Source of the DNA: an uncultured Piscirickettsiaceae bacterium
GTDB taxonomy: Bacteria; Pseudomonadota; Gammaproteobacteria; GCF-002020875
Direction: 5' to 3'
DNA: 64,000 nt
NCBI GenBank assembly: GCA_964551545.1
Contig: CAZKCT010000003.1
Location: 4,486-68,485 of the forward strand
Shown: piece by piece, positions 1-10,952 of the stretch
Position numbering within the stretch: position 1 is the stretch's first letter
How the letters are laid out: every line of letters starts with the position of its first letter
Made by a program: the position numbers and the translations under genes
The notes under the pieces: model-generated
Told to the model about the DNA's origin: nothing
Database searches by the model: none
What the model saw: the letters and a program-made list of their open reading frames with translations, nothing else

Positions 1-664
1 CAAATACCAGCCAGGAGATGATTGAGAGGATCGCGGTATGAGCACGCTGCTGGACCACAATATCCTCAACCAGAGGAACCGCACTAAAGAGGGCCAGTGT
101 CAGCATTAACAACCCAGCACGAATCAACTGGAACATCAGGTGCTCGACCTCCACCATTGGAGGTAGTGCACGAATGAAACCACCAGGCTGTTTGTTGCGC
201 AGATGACGTTCCTGAATAGCCAGCAGAATCGCTTGGAGTGCAGCAACACCGAGTAGGCTATAGGCCAGCATGGAGAGTAAAATGTGGGTATCGAGATCGG
301 TGGAAGCGGTACGGTAGACGGCCTCTGGATTGGTGAGCTGTAACAGCACCATCATTGCAGCAACCGGAAAAATGACAACCCCCAGATTGCCTACAGGACG
401 AGAAATCCAGGTCAACAACAGAACCAGCACCAGCAGCCACCCTGCAATCGAGAGTGCGTGGAAGAAGCCAAGATTGACCCACTGTTCCACCACCAGCACA
501 AATAGCAGGTGAGTGTGGAATAGTAGTGCTCCCGCGCCAATCAGCTTCATTCCATTGCGGGGGTGGTCAAAGCAGGAGATGCCTTGTGTCAGCAGTCTTC
601 CCAACCCAACTGCAGCAGCCAAGTAGAGCAAAATGGCAATCGACCCTGAAACGGTATAACTCAT
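1..664 (-). CDS. ypjD: Cytochrome c assembly family inner-membrane protein, YpjD-like; 3' end runs off the window
   Basis: Manual reverse-complement translation from ATG at 662-664 gives MSYTVSGSIAILLYLAAAVGLGRLLTQGISCFDHPRNGMKL..., a multi-helix membrane protein with architecture like E. coli YpjD. It is divergent from ffh, as in E. coli. It is absent from the ORF track because there is no stop in the window. Confidence 0.6.
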   Translation of the reverse strand, partial: MSYTVSGSIAILLYLAAAVGLGRLLTQGISCFDHPRNGMKLIGAGALLFHTHLLFVLVVEQWVNLGFFHALSIAGWLLVLVLLLTWISRPVGNLGVVIFPVAAMMVLLQLTNPEAVYRTASTDLDTHILLSMLAYSLLGVAALQAILLAIQERHLRNKQPGGFIRALPPMVEVEHLMFQLIRAGLLMLTLALFSAVPLVEDIVVQQRAHTAILSIISWLVF

Positions 665-783
665 TTCAACCTCTCATTGATCATCAATATGAAAGATGAT
701 GTCATATCAGAGCAGATTCGTCAGCAGAATTGAGGCTATAATTTCAATCTTCATCCTCCAGTATTAAATGGCTCGAAATTACC

Positions 784-2184
784 ATGTTTGAAAATCTTAC
801 CGACCGCCTTAACAGAACCCTGAAAACCTTACGAGGGCAGGGGCGCCTGACGGACGACAATATCAGTCAGGCATTGAGAGAGGTGCGGATGGCGCTGTTG
901 GAGGCAGACGTTGCGCTACCTGTGGTGAAATCTTTTATCGAGAAGGTCAAGGTTCGAGCAATTGGCCAAGAAGTTGCGACCAGCCTGACACCTGGGCAGG
1001 CATTGATCAAGATTGTACAGAGTGAATTAGAGGCTCTAATGGGAGAGGCTAATACCTCCCTTGATCTGCGAGCTCAGCCTCCAGCAGTAATCTTGATGGC
1101 TGGCCTGCAAGGTGCCGGTAAAACAACCAGCGTTGGAAAGCTTGCCCGTTTTCTACAAGAGCGTGAATCCAAAAAGGTGATGGTAGCCAGTGCAGATGTC
1201 TATCGGCCTGCTGCGATTGAGCAGTTGAAGGTGTTGGCTAATGAGGTTGGAGCCACCTTCTTCCCAAGCGAGAGCAGCCAAAAGCCGGTCGACATTGCCA
1301 ATGCTGCACTTGCCTCAGCAAAGAAACAGTTCGCTGATGTTCTGATTATTGATACCGCAGGTCGTCTCCATGTTGACGAGGAGATGATGGGGGAGATCAA
1401 GGCACTGCACGCAGCCATCACCCCGGTTGAAACTCTGTTTGTAGTCGACAGCATGACCGGTCAAGATGCCGCCAATACTGCCAAGGCATTTGATGAAGCA
1501 CTGCCTTTAACTGGTGTGGTGCTTACCAAGGCGGATGGTGATGCCCGTGGTGGTGCTGCGCTCTCTGTGCGTCAGATCACTGGAAAGCCGATCAAATTTC
1601 TCGGTATTGGTGAAAAGAGTGATGCGCTGGAGCCTTTTCATCCCGACCGTGTCGCCTCCCGGATCTTGGGAATGGGCGATGTGCTCTCACTGATCGAAGA
1701 GGTAGAGCGCAAGGTTGACAAGAAAAAAGCCGACAAACTGGTTCGCAAGGTCAAAAAAGGGGGGAAAGGGTTTAACCTGGAGGATTTCCGGGATCAGCTG
1801 CAACAGATGCAAGGAATGGGCGGCATTAGCTCATTGATGGATAAACTCCCCGGCATGGCAAATGTCCCTGATGCAGTCAAAAATCAGGTCAACAATAAAG
1901 AGTTTGTGCGCATGGAGGCAATGATCAACTCCATGACCCCAAAAGAGCGACATCACCCGGACCTGATCAAGGGGTCCCGTAAACGCCGAATCACTCAGGG
2001 TTCAGGGACCACGGTTCAGGACTTGAATAAGCTGCTAAAACAGTTTAAGCAGATGCAGAAGATGATGAAAAAGATGAAGGGCGGAAAAATGGCGAAGATG
2101 ATGCAGGGGATGGCGGGGAAAATGCCGGGTGGATTTCCTGGAGGAGGGATGCCGCCAGGAGGCGGGGGACGCTTTCCGTTTTAA
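784..2184 (+). CDS. ffh: Signal recognition particle protein Ffh
   Basis: SRP54 N/G domains with the GLQGAGKTTSVGKLA P-loop, and a Met-rich C-terminal M-domain (KMMKKMKGGKMAKMMQGMAGKMPGG). Confidence 0.95.
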   Translation: MFENLTDRLNRTLKTLRGQGRLTDDNISQALREVRMALLEADVALPVVKSFIEKVKVRAIGQEVATSLTPGQALIKIVQSELEALMGEANTSLDLRAQPPAVILMAGLQGAGKTTSVGKLARFLQERESKKVMVASADVYRPAAIEQLKVLANEVGATFFPSESSQKPVDIANAALASAKKQFADVLIIDTAGRLHVDEEMMGEIKALHAAITPVETLFVVDSMTGQDAANTAKAFDEALPLTGVVLTKADGDARGGAALSVRQITGKPIKFLGIGEKSDALEPFHPDRVASRILGMGDVLSLIEEVERKVDKKKADKLVRKVKKGGKGFNLEDFRDQLQQMQGMGGISSLMDKLPGMANVPDAVKNQVNNKEFVRMEAMINSMTPKERHHPDLIKGSRKRRITQGSGTTVQDLNKLLKQFKQMQKMMKKMKGGKMAKMMQGMAGKMPGGFPGGGMPPGGGGRFPF

Positions 2185-2254
2185 CACTGAAAAACCCAAG
2201 CGCTTTTCTTCCCTTTCGGGTTTGGTTTCAGTATAATTCGCGCCAGATTGATGA

Positions 2255-2280
2255 GCCGGCCACATTAGGTCGGTTTTTTT
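2255..2280 (+). terminator. Rho-independent terminator after ffh; a gtataat -10-like element for the rpsP operon lies just upstream at ~2231
   Basis: Stem ccggcc/ggtcgg with one G.U pair, loop acatta, then T7. Confidence 0.45.
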
Positions 2281-2330
2281 CATCCCCGAAACTGAAATCT
2301 AATTACACTGGATTTAACTGAGAGTAAAAA

Positions 2331-2582
2331 ATGGTAGTTATTCGTCTTGCCCGTGGTGGCGCAAAGAAGCGTCCTTTTTATCGCATCGTAGCAACTGATA
2401 AGCGCAACAGTCGTGATGGCCGCTTTCTGGAGAAGCTGGGCTATTTCAACCCAGTCGCCTCTGGCAATGAGAAGCGCCTAGAGATGGATATGGAGCGTGT
2501 TGAGCACTGGATTTCCAAAGGTGCGCAACCTTCTGACCGTGTTGCCAGCCTGGTCAAAGAGCTCAGCAAGGCCGCTGCCTAA
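2331..2582 (+). CDS. rpsP: 30S ribosomal protein S16
   Basis: [41 protein letters not shown] is a canonical S16 sequence; rpsP-rimM-trmD-rplS operon order. Confidence 0.95.
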   Translation: MVVIRLARGGAKKRPFYRIVATDKRNSRDGRFLEKLGYFNPVASGNEKRLEMDMERVEHWISKGAQPSDRVASLVKELSKAAA

Positions 2583-2627
2583 TATTGACGCCTCCTGCAT
2601 TGTCTGCAGGAAGCTGTACAAGTTGAA

Positions 2628-3143
2628 ATGAACATGAAGTCCGCTGATTCTCCCATCCTGCTGGGACGAGTCAGCGGACTTTTTGGTGTGCGTGGCTGGG
2701 TCAAAATACACTCCCACACCAGTCCACGAGAAAATATTCTGCGCTATAAAACTTGGGCTCTGCAGCAGCACGGAGAACCGACCCAATACAAGCTTCGACA
2801 GGGAAAAAAACAGGGGAAAGGGGTAATCGCCTGGTTTGATGGGGTTGATGATCGAACCGCTGCCGAGGCGCTGGTCGGTGCAGAGATCTATATCCAGCAT
2901 GACCAACTGCAATTATTGGAAACGGGTGAGTTTTACTGGTCCGACCTGATTGGTTGTGAGTTGCTCAATCTACAACAGGAACCCCTTGGAACCGTGGTTG
3001 AGCTGATGGAAACTGGGGCCAATGATGTCCTGATTGTCCGTCATCAGGGCAGTGAGCACCTGGTCCCCTTTGTTGACCCATGGGTGGTTGATGTTGACCT
3101 TGAGAAGCAGCAAATCCAGGTCGACTGGGATCTTGAGTATTAA
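2628..3143 (+). CDS. rimM: Ribosome maturation factor RimM
   Basis: [17 protein letters not shown] and GANDVLIV motifs match RimM; operon position. Confidence 0.9.
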   Translation: MNMKSADSPILLGRVSGLFGVRGWVKIHSHTSPRENILRYKTWALQQHGEPTQYKLRQGKKQGKGVIAWFDGVDDRTAAEALVGAEIYIQHDQLQLLETGEFYWSDLIGCELLNLQQEPLGTVVELMETGANDVLIVRHQGSEHLVPFVDPWVVDVDLEKQQIQVDWDLEY

Positions 3144-3844
3144 TGCGCTTTGATCTAATTACGATCTTTCCAGAGATTGTCAAAGCAATTACAGATTTTG
3201 GAGTGACCGGGCGGGCCATTGACCGGGGTATTGCATCGCTCCACAGCTGGAACCCCAGAGACTACACCGAAGACCGGCATCGCACGGTTGATGATCGTCC
3301 TTACGGCGGAGGCCCGGGAATGGTGATGCTCTATGAGCCACTGAAACGCACCATCGAGCAAGTTCGCCAGGCTCAAGTTGCCGAGGGCATTCAACCCCAC
3401 CTCATCTATCTCTCCCCTCAAGGAAAGCCACTCACGCAACAGCGTGCCGAGGCATTGAGTCAGCAGTCTGGAGTGATCCTGCTGGCGGGCCGTTACGAAG
3501 GGGTGGATGAACGGTTGATTGAGTCCGAGGTTGATGAGGAGCTCTCCATTGGTGACTATGTGCTGAGTGGAGGCGAACTGCCGGCAATGGTGTTGATTGA
3601 TACCGTGATTCGGCTGCTCCCTGGTGCTTTGGGGCATGCTGACTCTGCAGCAGAGGATTCATTCTCTGAAAGGGGGCTGGATTGTCCGCACTATAGTCGC
3701 CCTGAGGTCATCGATGGCTTGGTAGTTCCCGAGGTTTTGCTGAGCGGAAACCACCAGAAAATTGCTCAATGGCGGGCCGAACAATCCCACCAGAGAACTG
3801 TGGCAAGGCGTCCCGATTTAATCACTGAAAAAAGTGAAAAATAA
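3143..3844 (+). CDS. trmD: tRNA (guanine37-N1)-methyltransferase TrmD
   Basis: [13 protein letters not shown]-terminus and a SPOUT-fold TrmD signature; TAATG overlap with the rimM stop. Confidence 0.93.
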   Translation: MRFDLITIFPEIVKAITDFGVTGRAIDRGIASLHSWNPRDYTEDRHRTVDDRPYGGGPGMVMLYEPLKRTIEQVRQAQVAEGIQPHLIYLSPQGKPLTQQRAEALSQQSGVILLAGRYEGVDERLIESEVDEELSIGDYVLSGGELPAMVLIDTVIRLLPGALGHADSAAEDSFSERGLDCPHYSRPEVIDGLVVPEVLLSGNHQKIAQWRAEQSHQRTVARRPDLITEKSEK

Positions 3845-3958
3845 TCGATGAAACAACCTATTTTTTGGTGAAATATTCTGAAAAAACCGTATAATACGCG
3901 CCTTCTAAACCCAATGGGGCGAACCCATAGGGCAGTATTTTTTGAGAGAACGTAAAAG

Positions 3959-4303
3959 ATGAGCAATATTATTCAGGCGTTGGAAGCAGAGCAGATGGAC
4001 CGTGATATTCCCGAGTTTGGAGCAGGGGATACTGTCGTGGTTCAGGTCAAGGTAAAAGAGGGCGACCGTGAGCGTCTGCAGGCTTTTGAAGGCCTCTGTA
4101 TCGCGAAAAAGAATCGCGGCCTTAACTCCTCCTTTACTGTGCGTAAAATCTCTTATGGTGAAGGGGTTGAGCGTGTCTTCCAGACTTATAGCCCAATGGT
4201 TGACAGCATTACCGTCAAGCGCCGTGGTGTTGTTCGTCGTGCCAAGCTCTACTACATGCGTGAGCGTACTGGTAAGGCGGCTCGTATCCGCGAGAAAATT
4301 TAA
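3959..4303 (+). CDS. rplS: 50S ribosomal protein L19
   Basis: [13 protein letters not shown]...[32 protein letters not shown] matches L19. Confidence 0.95.
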   Translation: MSNIIQALEAEQMDRDIPEFGAGDTVVVQVKVKEGDRERLQAFEGLCIAKKNRGLNSSFTVRKISYGEGVERVFQTYSPMVDSITVKRRGVVRRAKLYYMRERTGKAARIREKI

Positions 4304-4335
4304 CGATCTCCGGTCTTTTTTCGGAGCAGTTGAAA

Positions 4336-4366
4336 AGGGTGAATCGGAGACGGTTCGCCCTTTTTT
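4336..4366 (+). terminator. Rho-independent terminator of the rpsP-rplS operon
   Basis: Hairpin gggtgaa(tcggagacgg)ttcgccc followed by TTTTTT. Confidence 0.55.
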
Positions 4367-5284
4367 GTGCATATTGATCCAGAGATGAATTCAGAAGCAG
4401 AAAAGCTGATCGAGCGCTTTCTTGATGCACTTTGGGTTGAAAAAGGGCTAAGTGACCATACGCTCTCTGCTTATCGCAGCGACCTTCGCCAGCTGCAGCG
4501 TTGGCTCTCCGATCAAGGGGCGACCCTCTCTGATGCAGACCGAGGACAGTTGCAAGGCTATCTCTCTTACCTCAACCAGGAGAAGAAGCGCCATGCCCGC
4601 ACTGTAGCGCGGATACTGAGTACGCTTCGTCGCTTCTATCTCTATTTATTGCAGCTAGGACTGCGCACTGATGACCCAACCGCCCGGATTGAGTCTCCGA
4701 AAATTGGTCGCCCCCTTCCAAAAACGCTGAGTGAGCAGGAGGTGGAGTCCATTCTCTCTGCGCCAAAACCCTCTGTCGTCCTGGGGCTGCGTGACCGCGC
4801 AATGATTGAGATGATGTATGGTGGTGGGCTTCGCGTCTCTGAACTCATTCACCTTCGCATCGATTCCATCAATCTGCGGCAGGGAGTGGCCCGGATCATT
4901 GGTAAGGGCAATAAAGAGCGTTTGGTACCATTGGGGGGAGAAGCGCTTCACTGGGTTGAGCGATATCTTGAGGAGGGGCGCCCCGAATTGATGCAGGGGA
5001 ATATTTCCGATACCCTCTTTGTAACTGCAAGAGGGGCAGGAATGACCCGTCAGGCGTTCTGGTTTCGATTGAAAAAGTATGGCGTTGAGGCAGGCATTAC
5101 TTCGCCATTGTCTCCCCATACACTGCGTCACGCCTTCGCTACCCATCTACTGAATCATGGCGCAGACCTGCGCTCCGTTCAGGCCCTACTAGGGCATAGT
5201 GACCTCTCAACCACTCAGATCTATACCCATGTGGCGCGAGAAAGATTGAAGAATATACATCAAGAACACCACCCAAGAGGATGA
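4367..5284 (+). CDS. xerD: Tyrosine site-specific recombinase XerD
   Basis: The C-terminus LGHSDLSTTQIYTHVARERLKNIHQEHHPRG matches the E. coli XerD end; the RHAFATHLL catalytic region is present. Confidence 0.9.
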   Translation: MHIDPEMNSEAEKLIERFLDALWVEKGLSDHTLSAYRSDLRQLQRWLSDQGATLSDADRGQLQGYLSYLNQEKKRHARTVARILSTLRRFYLYLLQLGLRTDDPTARIESPKIGRPLPKTLSEQEVESILSAPKPSVVLGLRDRAMIEMMYGGGLRVSELIHLRIDSINLRQGVARIIGKGNKERLVPLGGEALHWVERYLEEGRPELMQGNISDTLFVTARGAGMTRQAFWFRLKKYGVEAGITSPLSPHTLRHAFATHLLNHGADLRSVQALLGHSDLSTTQIYTHVARERLKNIHQEHHPRG

Positions 5285-5290
5285 ATATAA

Positions 5291-6016
5291 ATGAAAAATA
5301 GAATAACAATACTGACTTCTGTAACACTTCTGTGGTTCATGGCTGGAGGAGTGGCACAGGCAGAGGAGATCCCGACGGCAGTCATCACTCAACTCAGCCA
5401 GCTGGTGCCATCCGGTGGCCCAGATGAGATCTCGAAAACTCCCATTCCTTCTCTCTATGAGGCTCGGTTTGGGACCACGATCCTCTATATCTCAGCGGAT
5501 GGGCGCTATCTAATCGATGGCAGCGTACTTGACCTGAAAGCACAAAAAAACATCACTGAGGAGAGCATGCAATCCGCACGTGCCGAGGTGGTGAATGGAC
5601 TGGAAGAGGGGGAGATGGTGGTCTACGCCCCAAAAGGCAAGCCGCGCAACACACTGACCATCTTTACTGATATTGATTGCCCCTACTGTGTTCGCCTCCA
5701 TGAAGAGCGCCAGACACTGCTGGATGCGGGGATCAAACTGCGCTATCTGCTCTACCCAAGAGCGGGCATCAACTCTCCCTCCTATGACAAAGCGGTGAAT
5801 GTCTGGTGTGCGGAGAGCCGTACCGAAGCGATGACGCTGGCAAAAGAGGGGATGGATCTGGAGGCGAAAGAGTGTGAGACCCCAATTCTTTCACAGATTC
5901 AGCTCGCCTCTACCTTTGGGCTGAAAGGAACGCCACACATCGTCATTGATACTGGTGAGGTGATTGGTGGCTATATGCCGGCGGGTCGGTTGATTGAAAA
6001 GCTAGGGCTGCAGTGA
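5291..6016 (+). CDS. dsbC: Thiol:disulfide interchange protein DsbC
   Basis: Signal peptide, dimerisation N-domain, thioredoxin fold with CPYC active site (DIDCPYCVRLH); xerD-dsbC adjacency as in E. coli. Confidence 0.88.
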   Translation: MKNRITILTSVTLLWFMAGGVAQAEEIPTAVITQLSQLVPSGGPDEISKTPIPSLYEARFGTTILYISADGRYLIDGSVLDLKAQKNITEESMQSARAEVVNGLEEGEMVVYAPKGKPRNTLTIFTDIDCPYCVRLHEERQTLLDAGIKLRYLLYPRAGINSPSYDKAVNVWCAESRTEAMTLAKEGMDLEAKECETPILSQIQLASTFGLKGTPHIVIDTGEVIGGYMPAGRLIEKLGLQ

Positions 6017-6121
6017 CATCGATCACTAATCCTGTAGAATAGAAATTACGCAGTTTCGTGGGGGAGTGCCGAAGCCGCAAGCAATAATAATAAAAAGACC
6101 AATCTACAAAGGGGGACACTT

Positions 6122-7330
6122 GTGGAAGAACAGCTAATCACGGAGATGTATGGCTATCTTTTTTTGATTGCCGCCATCGTCGGTGCTGTTGCCAATAAAA
6201 CTAACTTCTGCACCATGGGGGCCGTCTCAGACTGGGTCAACATGGGGGACAAGAGCCGCTTCTACGGTTGGTTGTTGGCCATTGCAGTTGCTATTCTTGG
6301 CGGGCTCCTGCTTCAGATGGTAGGAGACCTCTCTCTCGATGAGACTCGTCCGGTCTACCGTTCCGCAAACCTTGTACTGGGTCAATATATCGTTGGTGGA
6401 CTGCTATTTGGGATTGGAATGACGCTCGGTAGCGGGTGCGGCAACAAGACCATGATCCGCATTGGTACGGGAAATCTAAAATCAGTCATTGTGGTACTGA
6501 TGATGGGCGGTACGGCCTATTTGATGACGACTACAGATCTCGGTTACCAGCTCACTTTTGGTCTTTTGGCCCCTCTCTCTATCAATCTCAACCAGGTTGG
6601 TATTGAGAGTCAGGAAGTCAGCGCACTGCTGATGCATGCAACGGCGGGAGAGGATATCTCACTCTATCGCCTACTGACGGGTGTTGCTGCCATCCTGGCC
6701 ATCTCCTGGGTGATTTTCCGCAACCGTGAATTTCGTCAAAACCGTGAACTGATTTTTGGCAGTTCTACCGTTGGCCTAGCGGTTGTAGCAGCCTGGTTTG
6801 TCACTGGCGGTCCGCTTGGTCAGAGCGTTCTCGAGGCGGTTGAATTTATGGATAACCCCCCTCGTGGCATGGGGGTACAGTCGCTCACCTTTGGTGCCCC
6901 GACTGGAGACTTGATGGGTTTGATTGTGACCGGCCTGGACCGATCCATGATTACCATTGGGCTGATTGCCATTACCGGAGTGGCAGCCGGATCTTTCCTC
7001 TATGCGATCACTTCTGGTAATTTTCGAATCAAGTGGTTCGCCTCAAAAGCCGATTTCATCAACCATCTGGTCGGGGGCACCCTGATGGGGCTGGGGGCCA
7101 TTCTTGGAATGGGCTGTACTTTTGGCCAGGGAATCACAGGGCTTTCGACACTTGCCTTGGGCTCTGCGCTGGTCATGGCTTCCATTCTTCTGGGGAGCGC
7201 ACTGACCATGAAGGTGCAGTACTACCAGCTGGTCTATGAGGAGGAGGCTACCTTCTTCAAGGCATTGTTGAGTGGGTTGGCAGATCTACGGTTGATTCCT
7301 GACCGTTACCGCAGGCTGGATGCTATTTAG
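6122..7330 (+). CDS. YeeE/YedE family inner-membrane protein (DUF395; thiosulfate/sulfur-compound transporter-like)
   Basis: Two-repeat polytopic membrane protein with a conserved Cys in each half (LGSGCGNKT and LGMGCTFGQG). GTG start, with ATG alternative at 6146; RBS aagggggac upstream. Confidence 0.8.
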   Translation: MEEQLITEMYGYLFLIAAIVGAVANKTNFCTMGAVSDWVNMGDKSRFYGWLLAIAVAILGGLLLQMVGDLSLDETRPVYRSANLVLGQYIVGGLLFGIGMTLGSGCGNKTMIRIGTGNLKSVIVVLMMGGTAYLMTTTDLGYQLTFGLLAPLSINLNQVGIESQEVSALLMHATAGEDISLYRLLTGVAAILAISWVIFRNREFRQNRELIFGSSTVGLAVVAAWFVTGGPLGQSVLEAVEFMDNPPRGMGVQSLTFGAPTGDLMGLIVTGLDRSMITIGLIAITGVAAGSFLYAITSGNFRIKWFASKADFINHLVGGTLMGLGAILGMGCTFGQGITGLSTLALGSALVMASILLGSALTMKVQYYQLVYEEEATFFKALLSGLADLRLIPDRYRRLDAI

Positions 7331-7478
7331 GGCTGTTTGAAAATTACGGGACAGTGCAGAGTTCCATAAAGCAGACAGTTGGTTGGATTAAATTGAGCTG
7401 CCGCTGTCAGCACAAAGCTGACTATAGTGTCCTCTGGTCTCAATTGGGAAATCTGCTCAGACATCATCTACCAACTCT

Positions 7479-7781
7479 CTAAGCTGCCACTCTCTTAATC
7501 TCATTCAATTCTGATTCGAGCCTCTGCCGTGCTTGCCAAAGATCGTACTTCTGCTGCATTCTCAGCCAGAGATCCGCACCATTTCCAAAAAGCGTGCCAA
7601 TTCTCAAGGCGAATTCAGCACTTACTCCACTCTTCTTATTTACGACCTTTGAAACAGTCTGTCTCGATACCCCCAGCCGCGAAGCCAGCTCAGTTACAGA
7701 CAGACCAGCGCTCTCTGCAACGTCTTGCAATAACTCACCTGGATGAGTTGGTTCCCTAACTACTTTTATTCTTTGTGCCAT
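7479..7781 (-). CDS. higA: HigA-family antitoxin (XRE helix-turn-helix)
   Basis: HTH LSVTELASRLGVSRQTVSKVVN; lies immediately downstream of higB in the typical toxin-first order. Confidence 0.85.
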   Translation of the reverse strand: MAQRIKVVREPTHPGELLQDVAESAGLSVTELASRLGVSRQTVSKVVNKKSGVSAEFALRIGTLFGNGADLWLRMQQKYDLWQARQRLESELNEIKRVAA

Positions 7782-7791
7782 CGTTCAAACC

Positions 7792-8067
7792 TCAGTGATA
7801 ATTTTCAAAATCTAGCCTGCTCACCTCTCCATCGTTCCACTCAAAGGTGATGCACATAGGGCCGTTCACATGAATACTGTACCGCTTCGGATTCCCTTCC
7901 AACGCATGAAAGTCAAAACCTGGTAAATTCATCTCTTCAAGCTTTTCCGCAGCATCAATCACATCAAGTCGTACCAGACATCTCTTGTGATAATCTTTAT
8001 GGATCTTTGCGCTCTTCCCTTTCTCAAAAAGCTCGCGCAATCCCTTATTTTTGAAGCTAAGTATCAT
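7792..8067 (-). CDS. higB: HigB toxin (RelE/ParE superfamily mRNA interferase)
   Basis: MILSFKNKGLRELFEKG...FENYH closely parallels Proteus/Rts1-type HigB (MIKSFKHKGLKLLFEKG...YEDYH). Confidence 0.85.
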   Translation of the reverse strand: MILSFKNKGLRELFEKGKSAKIHKDYHKRCLVRLDVIDAAEKLEEMNLPGFDFHALEGNPKRYSIHVNGPMCITFEWNDGEVSRLDFENYH

Positions 8068-8075
8068 TAACCTAA

Positions 8076-8104
8076 ACTGTAGATACTCTATTTACATCTG
8101 TCAA
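8076..8104 (-). promoter_or_regulatory. Predicted sigma70 promoter of higBA
   Basis: On the minus strand: TTGACA (8104..8099), 17-nt spacer, TACAGT (8081..8076), about 10 nt before the higB ATG; direct repeats tatttaca x2 overlap it. Confidence 0.4.
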
Positions 8105-8316
8105 CCATATATTTACAACAACAACCGTGTTTAGGTAAGCAGAATCAAAAATCTGTAAACGGCTGCTCATTGCAAAAGTGTGAGTTTACAAAGCTCGGCC
8201 CAAAGGCCGCTTTGAGTCATGACCAGCCCAGACAGGCGATAGCTTCAAGGTAGCATCAGGGGCAGCAAAGCTCGAAGAGCCGTCGTTATCGCTCCAACCA
8301 TGTTTTTCAATCAGCC

Positions 8317-10917
8317 CTATTTAGTTAATAGCCCCTTGAGGCGATAGAGCAGATCCATCGCATCTCTCGGGGTCAACTCATCCGGATTAATCTCTTGCAG
8401 CGACTCCTCAACGGCTGAGGCTGTAAATAGTGACATCTGTTGCGTTGGGTCGGATGGGGCAGCATCTGTTGCAAGATCAGGGAGCTCAACCTGTTCTTGT
8501 TCAAGGGCAACCAACTTCTCTCTGGCTTGTTGAATTACCCTTTTGGGAATACCCGCAAGACTCGCAACCTGCAGTCCATAACTCTGGTTAGCGGGACCAG
8601 GACGCACTGCATGGAGAAAAACAATTCCATCTCCGTGTTCTGCCGCATCCAGGTGAACATTGCTCACCTCGGAAATCCGCTCCGGCATTGCAGTCAGCTC
8701 GAAGTAGTGGGTTGCAAAGAGGGTCAGTGCCCCGTGTTCTCGCACTAGATGTTCTGCACAGGCACCCGCTAATGAAAGGCCATCATAAGTACTGGTGCCG
8801 CGCCCAATCTCATCCATTAACACCAGACTGCGGTAGGTGGCGTTATGGAGGATATTGGCAGTTTCTGTCATCTCCACCATGAAGGTAGAACGCCCTCCAG
8901 CCAGATCATCCGAGGCACCGATGCGGGTAAAGATACGGTCGACCATGCCAATGGTTGCACGGGAGGCTGGCACAAAGCTTCCGATATGGGCCAGCAGCAC
9001 AATCAGTGCATTCTGACGCATGAAAGTGCTCTTTCCGCCCATGTTGGGACCGGTGATAATCCACATGCGGGACGCCTCATCCAGTGCCAGGTCATTGGCC
9101 ACAAACGGGGCATCAGAGACCTGCTCCACCACAGGATGGCGCCCCTCATCAATTTGTAGGCAACTCTCTTCAACCAGTTGTGGCCGCACCCAGTCCAGCT
9201 GTTCTGCGCGCTCTGCAAGGTTGGCCAGAACATCCAGCTCTGCCACGCCGCTGGAGCAGCGTTGCAGCGGCGCCAAGGCCTTAATCAGTTGTTGGATCAA
9301 CGCTTCATAGAGCGCTTTTTCACGACTCAAGGCACGCTCATTAGCCGAGAGCACCTTGTCTTCAAACTCTTTCAGCTCTGGAGTGATGAAACGCTCCGCT
9401 GCTTTCAATGTCTGACGGCGCACATATTCAGTAGGGATCTCTGCGTTCTGCGCTTTGCCGATCTCGATATAGTAACCATGCACCCGGTTATACCCCACCT
9501 TTAGGGTCGCAATGCCGGTGCGCTCACGCTCACGAATCTCCAGGTTTTGCAGCAGTGCTCCAGCATTTTCACGGATCGAACGCAACTCATCCAATTCAGC
9601 ATCATAGCCCGTGGCGATGACCCCACCATCCCGGATAATCATTGGCGGATTTTCGATCACTGCACGTTGCAACAGATCAGCGATATCTGGAAAGGTTGAG
9701 ATCTGCTCAGATAGTGCCTGTAACGCACCGGTTTGATCTTCTGCCAGCGTCTGCTGTAGATCGGGCAGGGTGGTCAGTGAATCTCGTAGCCGTGCCAAGT
9801 CACGAGGGCGAGCGCTTTGCAAAGCAATCCTGGAGAGAATGCGCTCCATGTCTCCAATTGCACGCAGATGGGGGCGGATAACATCATGCAGTCGCTGCTG
9901 CAGGATCGACTCAATGGCGAAGAGGCGTTGTTCCAATGTCTCACGGTGGCGGATTGGGCTACCTAGCCAACGTCGCAACATTCGCCCACCCATTGCAGTG
10001 CAGGTCTGATCCATCACTGCCGCAAGGGTATGAGACTCTCCACCGGAAAGATTAGTGATAATTTCCAGATTGCGACGACTTGCCGCATCGATAATCACAT
10101 GCTCCTGCTGCTGTACCACCTGAATGGTATTGAGATGGGGTAGTGCGGCACGCTGGGTATGCTGTAGATACTGCAGGAGCGCACCCGCAGCCCCTAACCC
10201 CAGCGACATTTCTTCACAGCCAAATCCGCTCAGATCGTGAGTGCCAAACTGGCGAGCCAGTTCTCGCTCTGCCGTTTCCAGATCAAAATTCCATTCTGGT
10301 TGAGGGCGTAATCCACTTCGACTGGCCAGCTGCTCACGCAAGGGGGACTCCTCTCGAAACAGAATCTCTGCGGGCTGCAACCGCTCCAGCTCACCCTGTA
10401 GCATCGACAGTTCGTCCATCTCTATCAACTGGAAACGGCCTGCAGCCAGTGAGAGCAGGGCAACGCCATAACGACCATCATGATCGAGAACTGCCAATAA
10501 CAGGTTCTCTCGACCCTCCTCCATCAGTGCCTCATCGGTCAGCGTGCCCGGTGTAATAATGCGAGCAACCTGTCGCTCTACAGGCCCTTTACTGGTAGCT
10601 GGGTCTCCTACCTGCTCACAGATTGCTACCGACTCTCCCAGCTTGACCAGTCGCGCCAGATACTGTTCCGCCGCATGGTAGGGGACACCAGCCATTGGAA
10701 TGGGCTCACCGCCAGATTTTCCGCGCGCCGTCAGGGTGATATCGAGGAGCTCTGCCGCTTTCTTTGCATCGTCATAGAAGAGTTCGTAGAAATCTCCCAT
10801 CCGGTAGAAAAGCATCACATCCGGGTGCTCCGCCTTGATGCGGAGGAACTGCTGCATCACCGGAGTATGCTGGGGCTTAGGCGATTTGCTCATGAAAAAC
10901 TGGCTTCTTTCAGTCAA
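8317..10917 (-). CDS. mutS: DNA mismatch repair protein MutS
   Basis: N-terminus ...[33 protein letters not shown], Walker [15 protein letters not shown]-terminal clamp-binding tail; an alternative start at 10893 (MSKSPKPQ) is possible. Confidence 0.95.
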   Translation of the reverse strand: MTERSQFFMSKSPKPQHTPVMQQFLRIKAEHPDVMLFYRMGDFYELFYDDAKKAAELLDITLTARGKSGGEPIPMAGVPYHAAEQYLARLVKLGESVAICEQVGDPATSKGPVERQVARIITPGTLTDEALMEEGRENLLLAVLDHDGRYGVALLSLAAGRFQLIEMDELSMLQGELERLQPAEILFREESPLREQLASRSGLRPQPEWNFDLETAERELARQFGTHDLSGFGCEEMSLGLGAAGALLQYLQHTQRAALPHLNTIQVVQQQEHVIIDAASRRNLEIITNLSGGESHTLAAVMDQTCTAMGGRMLRRWLGSPIRHRETLEQRLFAIESILQQRLHDVIRPHLRAIGDMERILSRIALQSARPRDLARLRDSLTTLPDLQQTLAEDQTGALQALSEQISTFPDIADLLQRAVIENPPMIIRDGGVIATGYDAELDELRSIRENAGALLQNLEIRERERTGIATLKVGYNRVHGYYIEIGKAQNAEIPTEYVRRQTLKAAERFITPELKEFEDKVLSANERALSREKALYEALIQQLIKALAPLQRCSSGVAELDVLANLAERAEQLDWVRPQLVEESCLQIDEGRHPVVEQVSDAPFVANDLALDEASRMWIITGPNMGGKSTFMRQNALIVLLAHIGSFVPASRATIGMVDRIFTRIGASDDLAGGRSTFMVEMTETANILHNATYRSLVLMDEIGRGTSTYDGLSLAGACAEHLVREHGALTLFATHYFELTAMPERISEVSNVHLDAAEHGDGIVFLHAVRPGPANQSYGLQVASLAGIPKRVIQQAREKLVALEQEQVELPDLATDAAPSDPTQQMSLFTASAVEESLQEINPDELTPRDAMDLLYRLKGLLTK

Positions 10918-10952
10918 AGAAAAAGTTGATTATACCTGCCTGAAAAGGATGC

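Noticed and set aside
1200-1454. Many short track ORFs nested inside ffh, mutS, alaS, fabF, ppnN, guaA and others
   Set aside because: Each lies fully inside a long, well-supported conserved gene on the other strand or frame.
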